The notes beneath the pieces were generated by a model that saw only the letters and a list, made by a program, of their open reading frames with translations, did no database searches and had not been told where the DNA came from. Shown one piece after another: positions 18,738-27,855 of a stretch of 33,959 bases of DNA. The position numbers were made by a program, and so were the translations under genes. Each line of letters opens with the position of its first letter. Position 1 is the first letter of the stretch. Source of the DNA: Candidatus Eiseniibacteriota bacterium (GTDB lineage Bacteria > Eisenbacteria > RBG-16-71-46 > CAIMUX01 > VGJL01); the NCBI GenBank assembly GCA_041946735.1, contig JBHGAY010000040.1, positions 1-33,959 on the forward strand. Direction: 5' to 3'.

Positions 18738-21388
18738 CAGGGAGGATCGAAGGGACGGCGGCCCGGGGGCTTTGGGTCAAGCTCGCGCTCGCGTGGCTCC
18801 TCGCCCTCTTCGTCGCATCCGCTGCCGAGGCGGGAACGACGGGGAAGCTCGCGGGCCGCGTCCTGGATCAGGCGGGAGCCCCGGTCGCCGGGGCGACGGT
18901 GGTGATTCTCGGCGAGCCGCTCGGCGCGTTCTCCGACTCCGACGGCTACTTCAACATCCTGAACATCCCGGCCGGGACGGTGAACGTGAACGTCAGCCAC
19001 GTGGCCTACCAGACGTTGACGATCCGCGACGTCGTGATCTCCGCGGACGAGACGACCCGCCTCGACGACATCCGGATGCAAAGTCGGACGGTCGCGCTCG
19101 AGGAGGTCGTCGTGAAGGCGGAGCGGCCCGTGGTCGACGTTCACCTGACGAGCAGCCGCAGCTCGGTCGATCGCGAGCAGATCGAATCGCTTCCCGTGCA
19201 GGAGCTGCAGGACGTCGTGAATCTCCAGGCGGGGGTGGTCGAAGGGCACATCCGCGGGGGACGGATCGGCGAGGTGCAGTACCAGGTCGACGGCGTCAGC
19301 GTGAACAATCCGTTCAACAACGAGTCGACCGTGAAGATCGACCGCTCGCTCCTGCAGGAAGTGCAGGTGATCAGCGGCGTGTTCGACGCGGAGTACGGCC
19401 AGGCGATGAGCGGCGTCGTCAACGCCGTCCTGCGCGACGGCACCGATCGCTTCGAGTGGAACGCCGAGGCGTTCACGGGAGGCTACGTCTTTCCGGGTCG
19501 CGAGAGCGCCCGCCTCACCGACGACAAGATCCGCCCGACCGGGATCCAGAGCTACCAGCTCAATCTGAGCGGTCCGCTCCCGGTCCCCAAGACGGTCTAC
19601 ATCGTCAGCGGCCGCCGGGCGCTCACCGACGGCTTCGTGCGGGCGACACGCCGCTTCGTGCCGACCGACAGCTCGGACTTCCAGAACAAGGTGTTCCGCC
19701 CGACGGGGGACGACAAGAACCTCCCGCTCGGGTACACCCGGGAGTGGTCGGGGGTCGCGAAGCTGACGAACCGGTCGATCGAGGGGATCACCCTCAGCTA
19801 TCAGGCTCTCGCGAACTGGATCGAGGGGAGGAGTGCGAACTTCTACTACCGCCTGAATCCCGATGGCCTTTCGAAGCAGAAGACGAAGTCGATCGCGCAC
19901 GGCCTCGACGTGACGCAGACGCTGAGCGAGCGGACCTATTACACGCTCAGCATGCGCCAGAACTACCTCGACTACACCGATCGCGTCTACGACAGCGCCT
20001 ACGACCCGCGCTACGACGCGGCCGGCCAGCCGCGCGGCGACGACGCCTACGAGCTCGGCGCGATCGTGCAGGGCGTGGAGCCGACGCGCTACATCCAGAA
20101 GACCAACAGCTGGCTGCTCAAGGGATCCTACGTCACGCAGACCCGACGGGACGTGATGCTGAAGATGGGGGCGGAGATCGAGTGGCCGTCGGTGAAGTTC
20201 GGGACGACCGAGGATCTCGTCTGGACCGGCGACACGCTCTCCCGGTTCCCGCGGCACGTGCCGAAGAATCGACCGATCCTGAGCGCCGGTTACGCGCAGG
20301 GGCAGCTGGAGTGGAACGACCTGACTCTGCGGACCGGGCTGCGGCTTCAGTACTTCGATGCCCGTTCCTCCATCCCGAGCGATCTCGCGAACCCGGCGAA
20401 CTCGATCTCCGGAGCGCCCGAATCGCACCCGAAGTCGACGACGGTGAAGTTCACCGCCGCTCCTCGCCTGGGGATCGCCTATCCGATTACCGACCGCTCC
20501 GGAATCCACCTCGCGTACGGGCACTTCTACCAGTTCCCCGCCCTCGGCGACATCTTCTCGAACGCGGACTACTCGGTGCTCGAGGGGCTCCAGTCGGGCG
20601 GGATCTCCTACGGGGTCCTCGGCAATCCGGACATCAAGCCGGAGAAGACCGTCCAGTACGAAATGGGATACCGGCAGGCTGTGACCGAGACGCTCGGCGC
20701 CGACCTGAGCGTCTTCTACAAAGACATTCGGGATCTGCTCGGGGTCGAGTTCGTGTCGACCTACAACGCCGCCGAATACGCCCGGCTGACGAACATCGAC
20801 TTCGGCTACGTGGTCGGGGTGACGCTCTCGCTCGACCAGCAATGGATCGGCCCCTTCTCGGCGACGCTCGACTACACCTGGCAGCTCGCGGAGGGCAACT
20901 CGAGCGATCCGCGCGAGACAGCGACGCGCGCGTCGGCAGGCGAGGATCCGCGCCCGCGCCAGATCCCGCTCAACTGGGATCAGCGGCACACCCTCAACAT
21001 CACCGCCACGCTGTCGGAGCCCAATCTCTACACCGCGAGCGCAGTGCTGCGAATCGGCAGCGGCCAGCCCTATACCCCGGTGCTGGAGCAGGCGTACGGC
21101 TACGGCCTCGAGGCGAACTCGGGCCGCAAGCCGGCCGGCATGACCGTCGACTTGCGGGCCGAGCGCAGCTTCACATTCTCCAACATGGATGTAGGGCTGT
21201 TCGGGCGCGTCTTCAATCTCTTCGACACGCGCTACTGGAATGGTCCGGTCTTCGGGAGCACCGGGAGCCCGTACTACTCGCGCTTCCCGGAGGCGGACAA
21301 GGTCCAGCTCGCCGACCCGACCCGCTTCTTCGCGCCGAGGAGGATCGAGATCGGCCTGCGGCTGCGCCCCGGGAGCGCTACGCCATGA
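18734..21388 (+). CDS. TonB-dependent receptor with N-terminal carboxypeptidase-regulatory-like domain
   Basis: Signal peptide ..AEA, then GTTGKLAGRVLD..P..GATV..DGYFNILNIPAG. Plug region HIRGGR..VQYQVDGV and GVFDAEYGQAMSGVVN. Barrel motifs PRLGIAYP, GNPDIKPEKTVQYEMG, FNLFD, PRRIEIGLRL. Confidence 0.9.
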   Translation: MTGRIEGTAARGLWVKLALAWLLALFVASAAEAGTTGKLAGRVLDQAGAPVAGATVVILGEPLGAFSDSDGYFNILNIPAGTVNVNVSHVAYQTLTIRDVVISADETTRLDDIRMQSRTVALEEVVVKAERPVVDVHLTSSRSSVDREQIESLPVQELQDVVNLQAGVVEGHIRGGRIGEVQYQVDGVSVNNPFNNESTVKIDRSLLQEVQVISGVFDAEYGQAMSGVVNAVLRDGTDRFEWNAEAFTGGYVFPGRESARLTDDKIRPTGIQSYQLNLSGPLPVPKTVYIVSGRRALTDGFVRATRRFVPTDSSDFQNKVFRPTGDDKNLPLGYTREWSGVAKLTNRSIEGITLSYQALANWIEGRSANFYYRLNPDGLSKQKTKSIAHGLDVTQTLSERTYYTLSMRQNYLDYTDRVYDSAYDPRYDAAGQPRGDDAYELGAIVQGVEPTRYIQKTNSWLLKGSYVTQTRRDVMLKMGAEIEWPSVKFGTTEDLVWTGDTLSRFPRHVPKNRPILSAGYAQGQLEWNDLTLRTGLRLQYFDARSSIPSDLANPANSISGAPESHPKSTTVKFTAAPRLGIAYPITDRSGIHLAYGHFYQFPALGDIFSNADYSVLEGLQSGGISYGVLGNPDIKPEKTVQYEMGYRQAVTETLGADLSVFYKDIRDLLGVEFVSTYNAAEYARLTNIDFGYVVGVTLSLDQQWIGPFSATLDYTWQLAEGNSSDPRETATRASAGEDPRPRQIPLNWDQRHTLNITATLSEPNLYTASAVLRIGSGQPYTPVLEQAYGYGLEANSGRKPAGMTVDLRAERSFTFSNMDVGLFGRVFNLFDTRYWNGPVFGSTGSPYYSRFPEADKVQLADPTRFFAPRRIEIGLRLRPGSATP

Positions 21389-24300
21389 CCGGGCGGGGCT
21401 ACGAGGAAGGGAGGAGGGATCCCGAGTTGGGGACGAGCAAGCGTAAGGAATCGAACGGAGCGGGGCGTGCAGCCGGCGCGCCGATCCGCCGCTGCGCGGG
21501 GATCGCGATTCGAGTCGCCATCCCCGCGAGCCTCGTGCTTCTCGCCGCGGCGCTGATCGTCCCGGCGGCAAGCGGGCAGGTCCCCCCCGAGGAGCGGGGG
21601 ACGGCGGAGGCGGAGCGCTCCGGATTCCACGACGCAGCGAACATCCGGACCGTCTTCTGGAACTATGGCATGGTCGGCGACTATCCGCCCGACCCGGGGA
21701 ACGTCGATCTCTCGGTCTTCCATTCCGTCGAGGTCCCGAAGGGGACCGGAATGAACTATTCGGACGGAATCACCCCCTTCGTCCTCGCAAAGGTGCAGAC
21801 GCGCGGCGGCGAGGACGCCTACATCATGGAGACCGGCTTCCGGGAGCGGCAGGGGACGAGCCCCTACTTCAACCGCGTGATGCGCTTCGAGCCGCGCCCC
21901 GGCTACTTCCAGGCCGATCCCGACATCAACCGGGGCCGCTCGCCCGCCGTCTCCAACGATCCGCGCACCTGGCCCGATAGCTGGCCCGACAAGCTCCTCG
22001 ATCCCGACGATCCCGGTTGGGCCGGAAGCTGGAACGGCTACTTCGGCAAGCGGCCGGCTGCGGACCTCGAATCGTTCACGGTCATGGACGACCAGTACTA
22101 CGACGCATGGGACTTCTACCCGGACGACCGTGACTCCACGCGACGCGGCCTCGGGCTTCGGATCGAAGTGCGCGGGTTCCAGTGGGCGAACCCGCAAGCC
22201 GGCAACGTCATCTTCTGGCACTACGACATCACGAACGAGGGGACGACCGACTACGACGACAACATCATCTTCGGCCTGTACATGGACTCCGGCGTCGGCG
22301 GCTCGGCCCTCTCCTGCGACGGCATCTACGAGTCGGATGACGACAACGCCTTCTTCGACCGGCGCTTCAACGAGAACATCCTGAACCTGGTCTACACGTG
22401 GGATCGCTACGGGCACGGCCGCGACCTCTCCGGCTCGTGCGGCAGGACCGGCTACCTCGGCTACGCGTATCTCGAGACGCCGGGCAATCCCACCGACGGG
22501 ATCGACAACGACGAGGACGGCATCACGGACGAGAGGCGGGACGGTGGACCAGGCGAGGAGATCGTCGGCCGCGAAGCGATCCTCGCCTACGTCACGAGCC
22601 ACTACGATCTCGCCCGCTTCGAGGTCGAGCACGGCCCGGTCACGAGGCGCCCGGCCTACCGCGCCGGACGGTGGTGGACCGGCGACGAGGACCTCGACTG
22701 GAGCGTCGATCTGCACGACGTCGGCGCCGATGGGGTCGCCGACACGCACGACGCCGGCGAAGGGGACGGGATGCCGACCGAGGGGGAGCCGTACTTCGAC
22801 GGCACCGACCTGCACGAGTCGGATCAGATCGGCCTGACCGGCTTCAAGATGAACCGGATCAAGGCGGGGCAAGGCAATCCGGATCCGACGTCCGACAACA
22901 TCGTCTTCTTCACCGACGCGCAGAACTGGCCGCAGCGGCTCTACGAGCAGTTCACCGACCCGGTCGAGGCGAACCGCTTCGACCCGCCGCTCGCCGCGAA
23001 CTACAACATCGGGTTCCTCTTCGCTTCGGGACCGTTCCGGCTCGAGGCCGGAAAGACCGAGCGCTTCAGCCTCGCGCTCGCTTACGGCGGAGACCTCGAC
23101 GAGCTTCGCCGCACGGTGCAGACCGTCCAGCTCATCTACAACGCGAACTACCAGTTCGCGACCCCGCCTCCGCCCCCGATCGTGACGGCCGAGACGGGCG
23201 ACCGCCGGGTGCGCCTCTCCTGGACGGACGAGTCGGAGCGGGGCATCGATCCGGTGACCGGCGAGTACGACTTCGAGGGGTATCGCGTCTATCGCTCGAC
23301 CGATCCCGACTTCCTCGACGTCAAGCTCGTGCGCACCGGGACCGGCTCGAACACGCTCGGCAACGGAAAGCCGACCGTCCAGTTCGATCTCGCCGACGGC
23401 AAGCGGGGCTTCTCGGAGCAGACGGTCGAGGGGGTCGCCTACTACCTCGGATCCGACACGGGGATCCGGCACACCTGGACCGATTCGACCGTCACGAACG
23501 GCCAGCAGTACTACTACGCGGTGACCGCGTACGACTACGGCTCCGACTCTCTAGGCTTCTACCCCTCGGAGAACGCGATCCCCGTCTCGCGCACGCCGCG
23601 CGGCGGGCTGATCCTCGGGCAGAACGTCGTCGCGGTCCGGCCGAATCCTCCCGTGCTCGGGTACCGGCCCGCGACGATCCAGGATGTGACGCACGCGCAG
23701 GGGGAGGGGACCGGGTCGGTCGAGATCGAGGTGGTCAACTCCAACGAGGTGCCGGACGACCACCTCTTCCGGCTCACGTTCGAGACCCCGAACCCCGACT
23801 CGATCCGCGCGTCGAGCTACACGCTGACCGACAGCACGACGAGCACCGTCCTGTTCAAGTCGGGGCGCGACCTCTCGGGACGCGGCATCGGGCCGGTCGC
23901 GGAGGGGCTGCTGCCGGTGATCCGGACGCAGCGATGGGTCGAAGTCGATACGGTCCGAAGCGGATTCACGGAAGGGAGCCCGACGAGCACCAAGCTCGAC
24001 ATCTCCTACCTCCCCGATCCGCAGGTGTCGCAGAACCAACGGCGGATCGGCTACCCCGACGACGTCACGATCACGTTCGACGACGTGGTGCGCGACACCT
24101 CGCTCGCGCGCGTCGGCCTGCCGGCGCGCCCGGCGAAGTTCTTCATCACCGCGCACACCGACGCGGGCGACGTCCGGCTCGACTTTCGCTTCCGCGAAGT
24201 CGACGGGAAGATCGACGGGACGCTCAGCGATCCGGGGGAGTACATCGACATCATCACCTACCTCTCCGGCTCTCCCGTTCCGCACGCGACCTGGCGAGCG

Positions 24301-24771
24301 CAGATCGACACGACGGGCGTCGGGGATCTTCCGATCGATCCGCCGGGAGCGGGGGACGTCTACGAGATCGTGCTCACGAAGCCGTTCAGCTCCGACGACG
24401 TCTTCTACTTCCGCACGCGATCGGAAGGAGTCGACCTCGCAGCGGCCAAGGCCGAGGACTCCTTCCACCCCTACGTCGTGCCAAACCCGTACGTCGGATC
24501 CGCGAGCTTCGAGCCGGAGCGGTTCGCCGTCTCCGGGAGGGGAGAGCGCCGCATCGAGTTCCGCGGCATCCCGAGGGGCTGCACGATACGGATCTATACG
24601 GTGCACGGAGACCTCGTCGAGACGCTCCACCACGAAGGAGGGGACGAGGGCTTCCTCGCGTGGGACCTGAGGACGAAGGACAACCTGGACGTCGCGCCCG
24701 GCCTCTACGTCTTCCATGTCGACGGCGGTTCGCTCGGCGAGCGGATCGGGAAGTTCGCGATCATCAAATGA
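21385..24771 (+). CDS. Large secreted protein (about 1128 aa) with Asp-rich Ca-binding-like motifs, an FN3 domain and a T9SS-like C-terminal domain
   Basis: Hydrophobic signal ending ..AASG-Q; DGIDNDEDGITDE; DVGADG..DAGEGDG.PT.GEP; FN3 (VRLSW..FEGYRVYRS..YYYAVTAYD); C-terminus YVVPNPY..IRIYTVHGDLV..WDL..APGLYVFHV..GKFAIIK. Start placed at the ATGA overlap; the exact start is uncertain. Confidence 0.8.
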   Translation: MTGRGYEEGRRDPELGTSKRKESNGAGRAAGAPIRRCAGIAIRVAIPASLVLLAAALIVPAASGQVPPEERGTAEAERSGFHDAANIRTVFWNYGMVGDYPPDPGNVDLSVFHSVEVPKGTGMNYSDGITPFVLAKVQTRGGEDAYIMETGFRERQGTSPYFNRVMRFEPRPGYFQADPDINRGRSPAVSNDPRTWPDSWPDKLLDPDDPGWAGSWNGYFGKRPAADLESFTVMDDQYYDAWDFYPDDRDSTRRGLGLRIEVRGFQWANPQAGNVIFWHYDITNEGTTDYDDNIIFGLYMDSGVGGSALSCDGIYESDDDNAFFDRRFNENILNLVYTWDRYGHGRDLSGSCGRTGYLGYAYLETPGNPTDGIDNDEDGITDERRDGGPGEEIVGREAILAYVTSHYDLARFEVEHGPVTRRPAYRAGRWWTGDEDLDWSVDLHDVGADGVADTHDAGEGDGMPTEGEPYFDGTDLHESDQIGLTGFKMNRIKAGQGNPDPTSDNIVFFTDAQNWPQRLYEQFTDPVEANRFDPPLAANYNIGFLFASGPFRLEAGKTERFSLALAYGGDLDELRRTVQTVQLIYNANYQFATPPPPPIVTAETGDRRVRLSWTDESERGIDPVTGEYDFEGYRVYRSTDPDFLDVKLVRTGTGSNTLGNGKPTVQFDLADGKRGFSEQTVEGVAYYLGSDTGIRHTWTDSTVTNGQQYYYAVTAYDYGSDSLGFYPSENAIPVSRTPRGGLILGQNVVAVRPNPPVLGYRPATIQDVTHAQGEGTGSVEIEVVNSNEVPDDHLFRLTFETPNPDSIRASSYTLTDSTTSTVLFKSGRDLSGRGIGPVAEGLLPVIRTQRWVEVDTVRSGFTEGSPTSTKLDISYLPDPQVSQNQRRIGYPDDVTITFDDVVRDTSLARVGLPARPAKFFITAHTDAGDVRLDFRFREVDGKIDGTLSDPGEYIDIITYLSGSPVPHATWRAQIDTTGVGDLPIDPPGAGDVYEIVLTKPFSSDDVFYFRTRSEGVDLAAAKAEDSFHPYVVPNPYVGSASFEPERFAVSGRGERRIEFRGIPRGCTIRIYTVHGDLVETLHHEGGDEGFLAWDLRTKDNLDVAPGLYVFHVDGGSLGERIGKFAIIK

Positions 24772-25940
24772 GCCGGAACCGTGCGACAGAGGAGCGCGAA
24801 GCGATCTCGAAGCCGGCGGGGGACGAACTCGAAATGAGCAGGGAGATGGACGGGGCAGAGACGAACCGAACGGATGGGAGAGGGATGGACCGGCAGGGAA
24901 GCGTGAGAAGCGGAATCGCCCGATCGTCGTGGACGCGGATGGCTCTCGCCGCCGCGTGTGCGAGCCTCCTCGCGTACGGCTCGGCTGCCGCGCAGAGCAA
25001 GAGCGGCACCTCGATCGGCGCGTTCCTGAAGATCGAGCCGGGCGCGCGCGCCGCGGCGCTCGGGAATGCTGGGGTGGCGCTCGACGAGGGGATCCAGTCG
25101 GTCTACTACAATCCGGCCGCCCTCGGCAGAATCGGGGAGATCTCCGCGGGCTTCACGCACAGCGAGTGGTTCGCGGGGATCGCATTCGACTATGCCGGGC
25201 TTGCGATCCCACTCGGGAATTTCGGGACGGTCTTCGGATCGGTCACCTCGCTGAACTCCGGCGACATCGACGTTCGCACGGTCGACCAACCGCTTGGGAC
25301 CGGCGAGCGCTACGACGTGAGCGATCTCGCGATCGGCTTGGGCTACGGCCGCGTGATCACCGAACGTTTCGCGGCCGGCGCGCAGCTCAACTACGTCGAG
25401 GAGCGGATCTGGCACACCACGCTGCGCACGGTCGTGCTGAACATCGGGACGGTCTTCCGGATCTCGGAGAACGGGTTGCGCATCGGCGCGAGCATCTCGA
25501 ACTACGGGACGCGCGCGCGCTTCTCCGGGCGGGACCTCGCGATCCAGTACGATCAGGACCCGGAGACGCACGGCGACAACTCCTCGCTCCCCGGTGAGCA
25601 GTACGCGGACAAGTTCGGCGTCCCGATCGTGTTCCGCTTCGGCGGAGGGATGCCGTTCCGAGTCAGCCGGGATGCGACGCTGCTGCTGGCGCTCGACGCT
25701 CTCCATCCGAGCGACAACACGGAGAGCGTTTCGAGCGGCGCAGAGCTCACGTTCCGCGAGGCGCTGTCGGTGCGCGCCGGGTACCAGCAGCTCTTCCAGG
25801 AGGACTCGGAGGCCGGGCTGACGCTCGGCGCCGGACTCCGGGGCGCGCTGGCGGAGCACGGGTTCCAGTTCGACTACGCATGGGCGGATCAGGGCCGGCT
25901 CGAGCGGACGCATCGGTTCACGTTCGAGGTGGCGTTCTGA
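24768..25940 (+). CDS. PorV/PorQ-family (FadL-like) outer-membrane beta-barrel protein
   Basis: After the signal peptide: AFLKIEPGARAAALGNAGVA..SVYYNPAAL, alternating beta-strands, LSVRAGY, GLTLGAG, FDYAW..HRFTFEVAF with terminal Phe. The true start may be 24885 or later. Confidence 0.85.
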   Translation: MSRNRATEEREAISKPAGDELEMSREMDGAETNRTDGRGMDRQGSVRSGIARSSWTRMALAAACASLLAYGSAAAQSKSGTSIGAFLKIEPGARAAALGNAGVALDEGIQSVYYNPAALGRIGEISAGFTHSEWFAGIAFDYAGLAIPLGNFGTVFGSVTSLNSGDIDVRTVDQPLGTGERYDVSDLAIGLGYGRVITERFAAGAQLNYVEERIWHTTLRTVVLNIGTVFRISENGLRIGASISNYGTRARFSGRDLAIQYDQDPETHGDNSSLPGEQYADKFGVPIVFRFGGGMPFRVSRDATLLLALDALHPSDNTESVSSGAELTFREALSVRAGYQQLFQEDSEAGLTLGAGLRGALAEHGFQFDYAWADQGRLERTHRFTFEVAF

Positions 25941-25966
25941 GCGAACCGGGAAGGGATGCAACGACG

Positions 25967-27667
25967 ATGAGACGAAGCCTGTTCGCGCTCCTCCTGCCTG
26001 CCGCGGCCATGGCCATGGCCGCGGTCCCGGCGATCGCGGCGATCGCCGTGGGGGCGGCCGTCGCCGCCACCGTGGCCTCCGGCCCGGCCGAAGCGCTACC
26101 CGGCGAGGCGCTCGCGAACGGATCGCCCGCGAACGGATCGCTCGCGAACGGAGCGCTCACGAACGAGGCGCTCCTCGACACGCTGCAGCGCACGGCGTTC
26201 GACTTCTTCTGGAACGAGGCGAATCCCGCGAACGGATTGATCAAGGATCGCAGCACGCCCGGCTCTGCCTGCAGCATCGCGTCGGTCGGCTTCGGACTTT
26301 CCGCGATCCTGATCGGGATCGATCATGGCTGGATCACTCGGGACGAGGGGCGGGCGCGCATCCTGACGACCCTCGAGACCTTCTGGAACGGGCCGCAGGG
26401 GACGGCGCCGGACGGCATGATCGGCTACAAGGGCCTCTTCTACCACTTCCTCGACATGAACACGGCGACCCGCACGTGGGATTGCGAGCTCTCCACGATC
26501 GACTCGGCCCTCCTGTTCGCGGGGATCCTCGACGCGCGCGAGTACTTCACGACGGACGATCCGGTCGACGTCCAGGTCCGCACGCTCGCCGACTCGCTCT
26601 ACTACCGGGCCGACTGGAACTTCTTCCGCAACGGCAACCCGGGAATCCTGATGGGATGGCGGCCCGGGACCGGGTTCGCCGGCTTCGGCCAGTGGGTCGG
26701 CTACAACGAGGCGATGATCCTCTACATCCTCGCGATCGGATCGCCGACACACCCGGTGCCGGCTTCCTCCTGGAACACCTGGACGAGCGGCTACCACTGG
26801 CAGACGCAGTACGGCTACACCTACGTGATCTTCCCGCCGCTCTTCGGACACCAGTACTCGCACTGCTGGATCGATTTCCGCTATATCCAGGACGCGTACA
26901 TGCGCGGGCGCGGGATCACCTACTTCGAGAATTCCCGCCGGGCGACGCTCGCGCAGCGCAACTACTGCATCGCCAACCCCTTCGGCCACATCGGCTACGG
27001 CGCGAACCTCTGGGGGATCACCGCGTGCGACGGTCCGGACGGCTACGCGGCGCACGGCGCGCCGCCGCCTCAGAACGACGATGGGACGATCGCCCCGACC
27101 GCGCCGGCCGGCTCGATCCCGTTCACGCCCGATGAGTCTCTGGCGGTCCTGCAAAACCTGTACGACAATTACCGGGCGATGCTGTGGGGACCGTACGGCT
27201 TCCGCGACGCATTCAATCTGGACCGCGGATGGTGGGATACCGATTATATCGGTATCGACCAGGGCCCGATCGTCCTCATGATCGAGAACTACAGGACGGG
27301 GGCTGTCTGGGAGAGGATCGAGCGGAACGGGGATGTGCAATGGGGCCTTCACCTGGCCGGATTCGATGTCGCGACCGGCGTCGCCGGCGCAACGGCGGCT
27401 TCCCCGCGGCTGCTCCTGCATCCGGCATCCCCGAATCCGCTGACGAGCGACTCGGAGCTGGCTTTCGAACTTCCGGCTCCCGGGCGCGCGGTGCTGACCC
27501 TCGTCGACGTGACCGGGAGGGAGTGCGCGACTCTGCTCGACGCCTCGCTCCCTGCCGGTTCCCACGTCGCGAGGATCGACCCGTCCCGGCTGCCGAGCGG
27601 AATCTATTACGCGAGACTGATCTTCGGACACGAGGCGCGCGCGACACGCTGCCTCGTCCTCCGATGA
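25967..27667 (+). CDS. GH144 (glucoamylase-like) putative endo-beta-1,2-glucanase with a T9SS/FlgD-like C-terminal domain
   Basis: LLDTLQRTAFDFFW, GLIKDR, SIASVGFGL, ELSTIDSALL, GYNEAMILYILAIGSP, PLFGHQYSHCWIDFR, WGITACD, TIAPTA, WGPYGFRDAFN, IGIDQGPI..IENYR. Tail PNPL..DVTGR..LPSGIYYARL..RCLVLR. Confidence 0.85.
   Translation: MRRSLFALLLPAAAMAMAAVPAIAAIAVGAAVAATVASGPAEALPGEALANGSPANGSLANGALTNEALLDTLQRTAFDFFWNEANPANGLIKDRSTPGSACSIASVGFGLSAILIGIDHGWITRDEGRARILTTLETFWNGPQGTAPDGMIGYKGLFYHFLDMNTATRTWDCELSTIDSALLFAGILDAREYFTTDDPVDVQVRTLADSLYYRADWNFFRNGNPGILMGWRPGTGFAGFGQWVGYNEAMILYILAIGSPTHPVPASSWNTWTSGYHWQTQYGYTYVIFPPLFGHQYSHCWIDFRYIQDAYMRGRGITYFENSRRATLAQRNYCIANPFGHIGYGANLWGITACDGPDGYAAHGAPPPQNDDGTIAPTAPAGSIPFTPDESLAVLQNLYDNYRAMLWGPYGFRDAFNLDRGWWDTDYIGIDQGPIVLMIENYRTGAVWERIERNGDVQWGLHLAGFDVATGVAGATAASPRLLLHPASPNPLTSDSELAFELPAPGRAVLTLVDVTGRECATLLDASLPAGSHVARIDPSRLPSGIYYARLIFGHEARATRCLVLR
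26108..26173 (+). repeat. 15-bp in-frame tandem repeat (about 4.4 copies) in the GH144 N-terminal linker
   Basis: GCGCTCGCGAACGGA / TCGCCCGCGAACGGA / TCGCTCGCGAACGGA / GCGCTCACGAACGAG / GCGCTC, encoding ALANG-SPANG-SLANG-ALTNE-AL. Confidence 0.85.
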
Positions 27668-27855
27668 AAGGAGGTGGAGAGGCGGGTCGGAGCGTCGAGG
27701 CCGGCGGCTCGATCAAGACCGGTTCCGCGGTTCGCGTTCCGCACACAACCATTGCTAGAGCCACCCCGCCCCGGCGGCGCGCACGCTGCCGAATGCGGAA
27801 GGATGTTTGTTCCGTGGTCCGGTGTGGACCGCGGGTCGATGGAGGAGGTTCCACG

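Noticed and set aside
18772..21384. N-terminal 871 aa of the 1999-aa ORF (apparent giant protein)
   Set aside because: It is an Arg/Pro/Gly-rich off-frame read-through of the TonB receptor gene. Protein-like sequence begins only after ATG 21385.
22398..24767. N-terminal part of the 1180-aa ORF upstream of the PorV-like domain
   Set aside because: It is a shadow frame of the large CTD protein with low-complexity Arg-rich translation.
27664..27855. In-frame ATG overlapping the GH144 stop that would extend the 27856 gene by 64 aa
   Set aside because: The extension is not protein-like. ATG 27856 has a GGAGGAGG RBS and begins a clean signal peptide.
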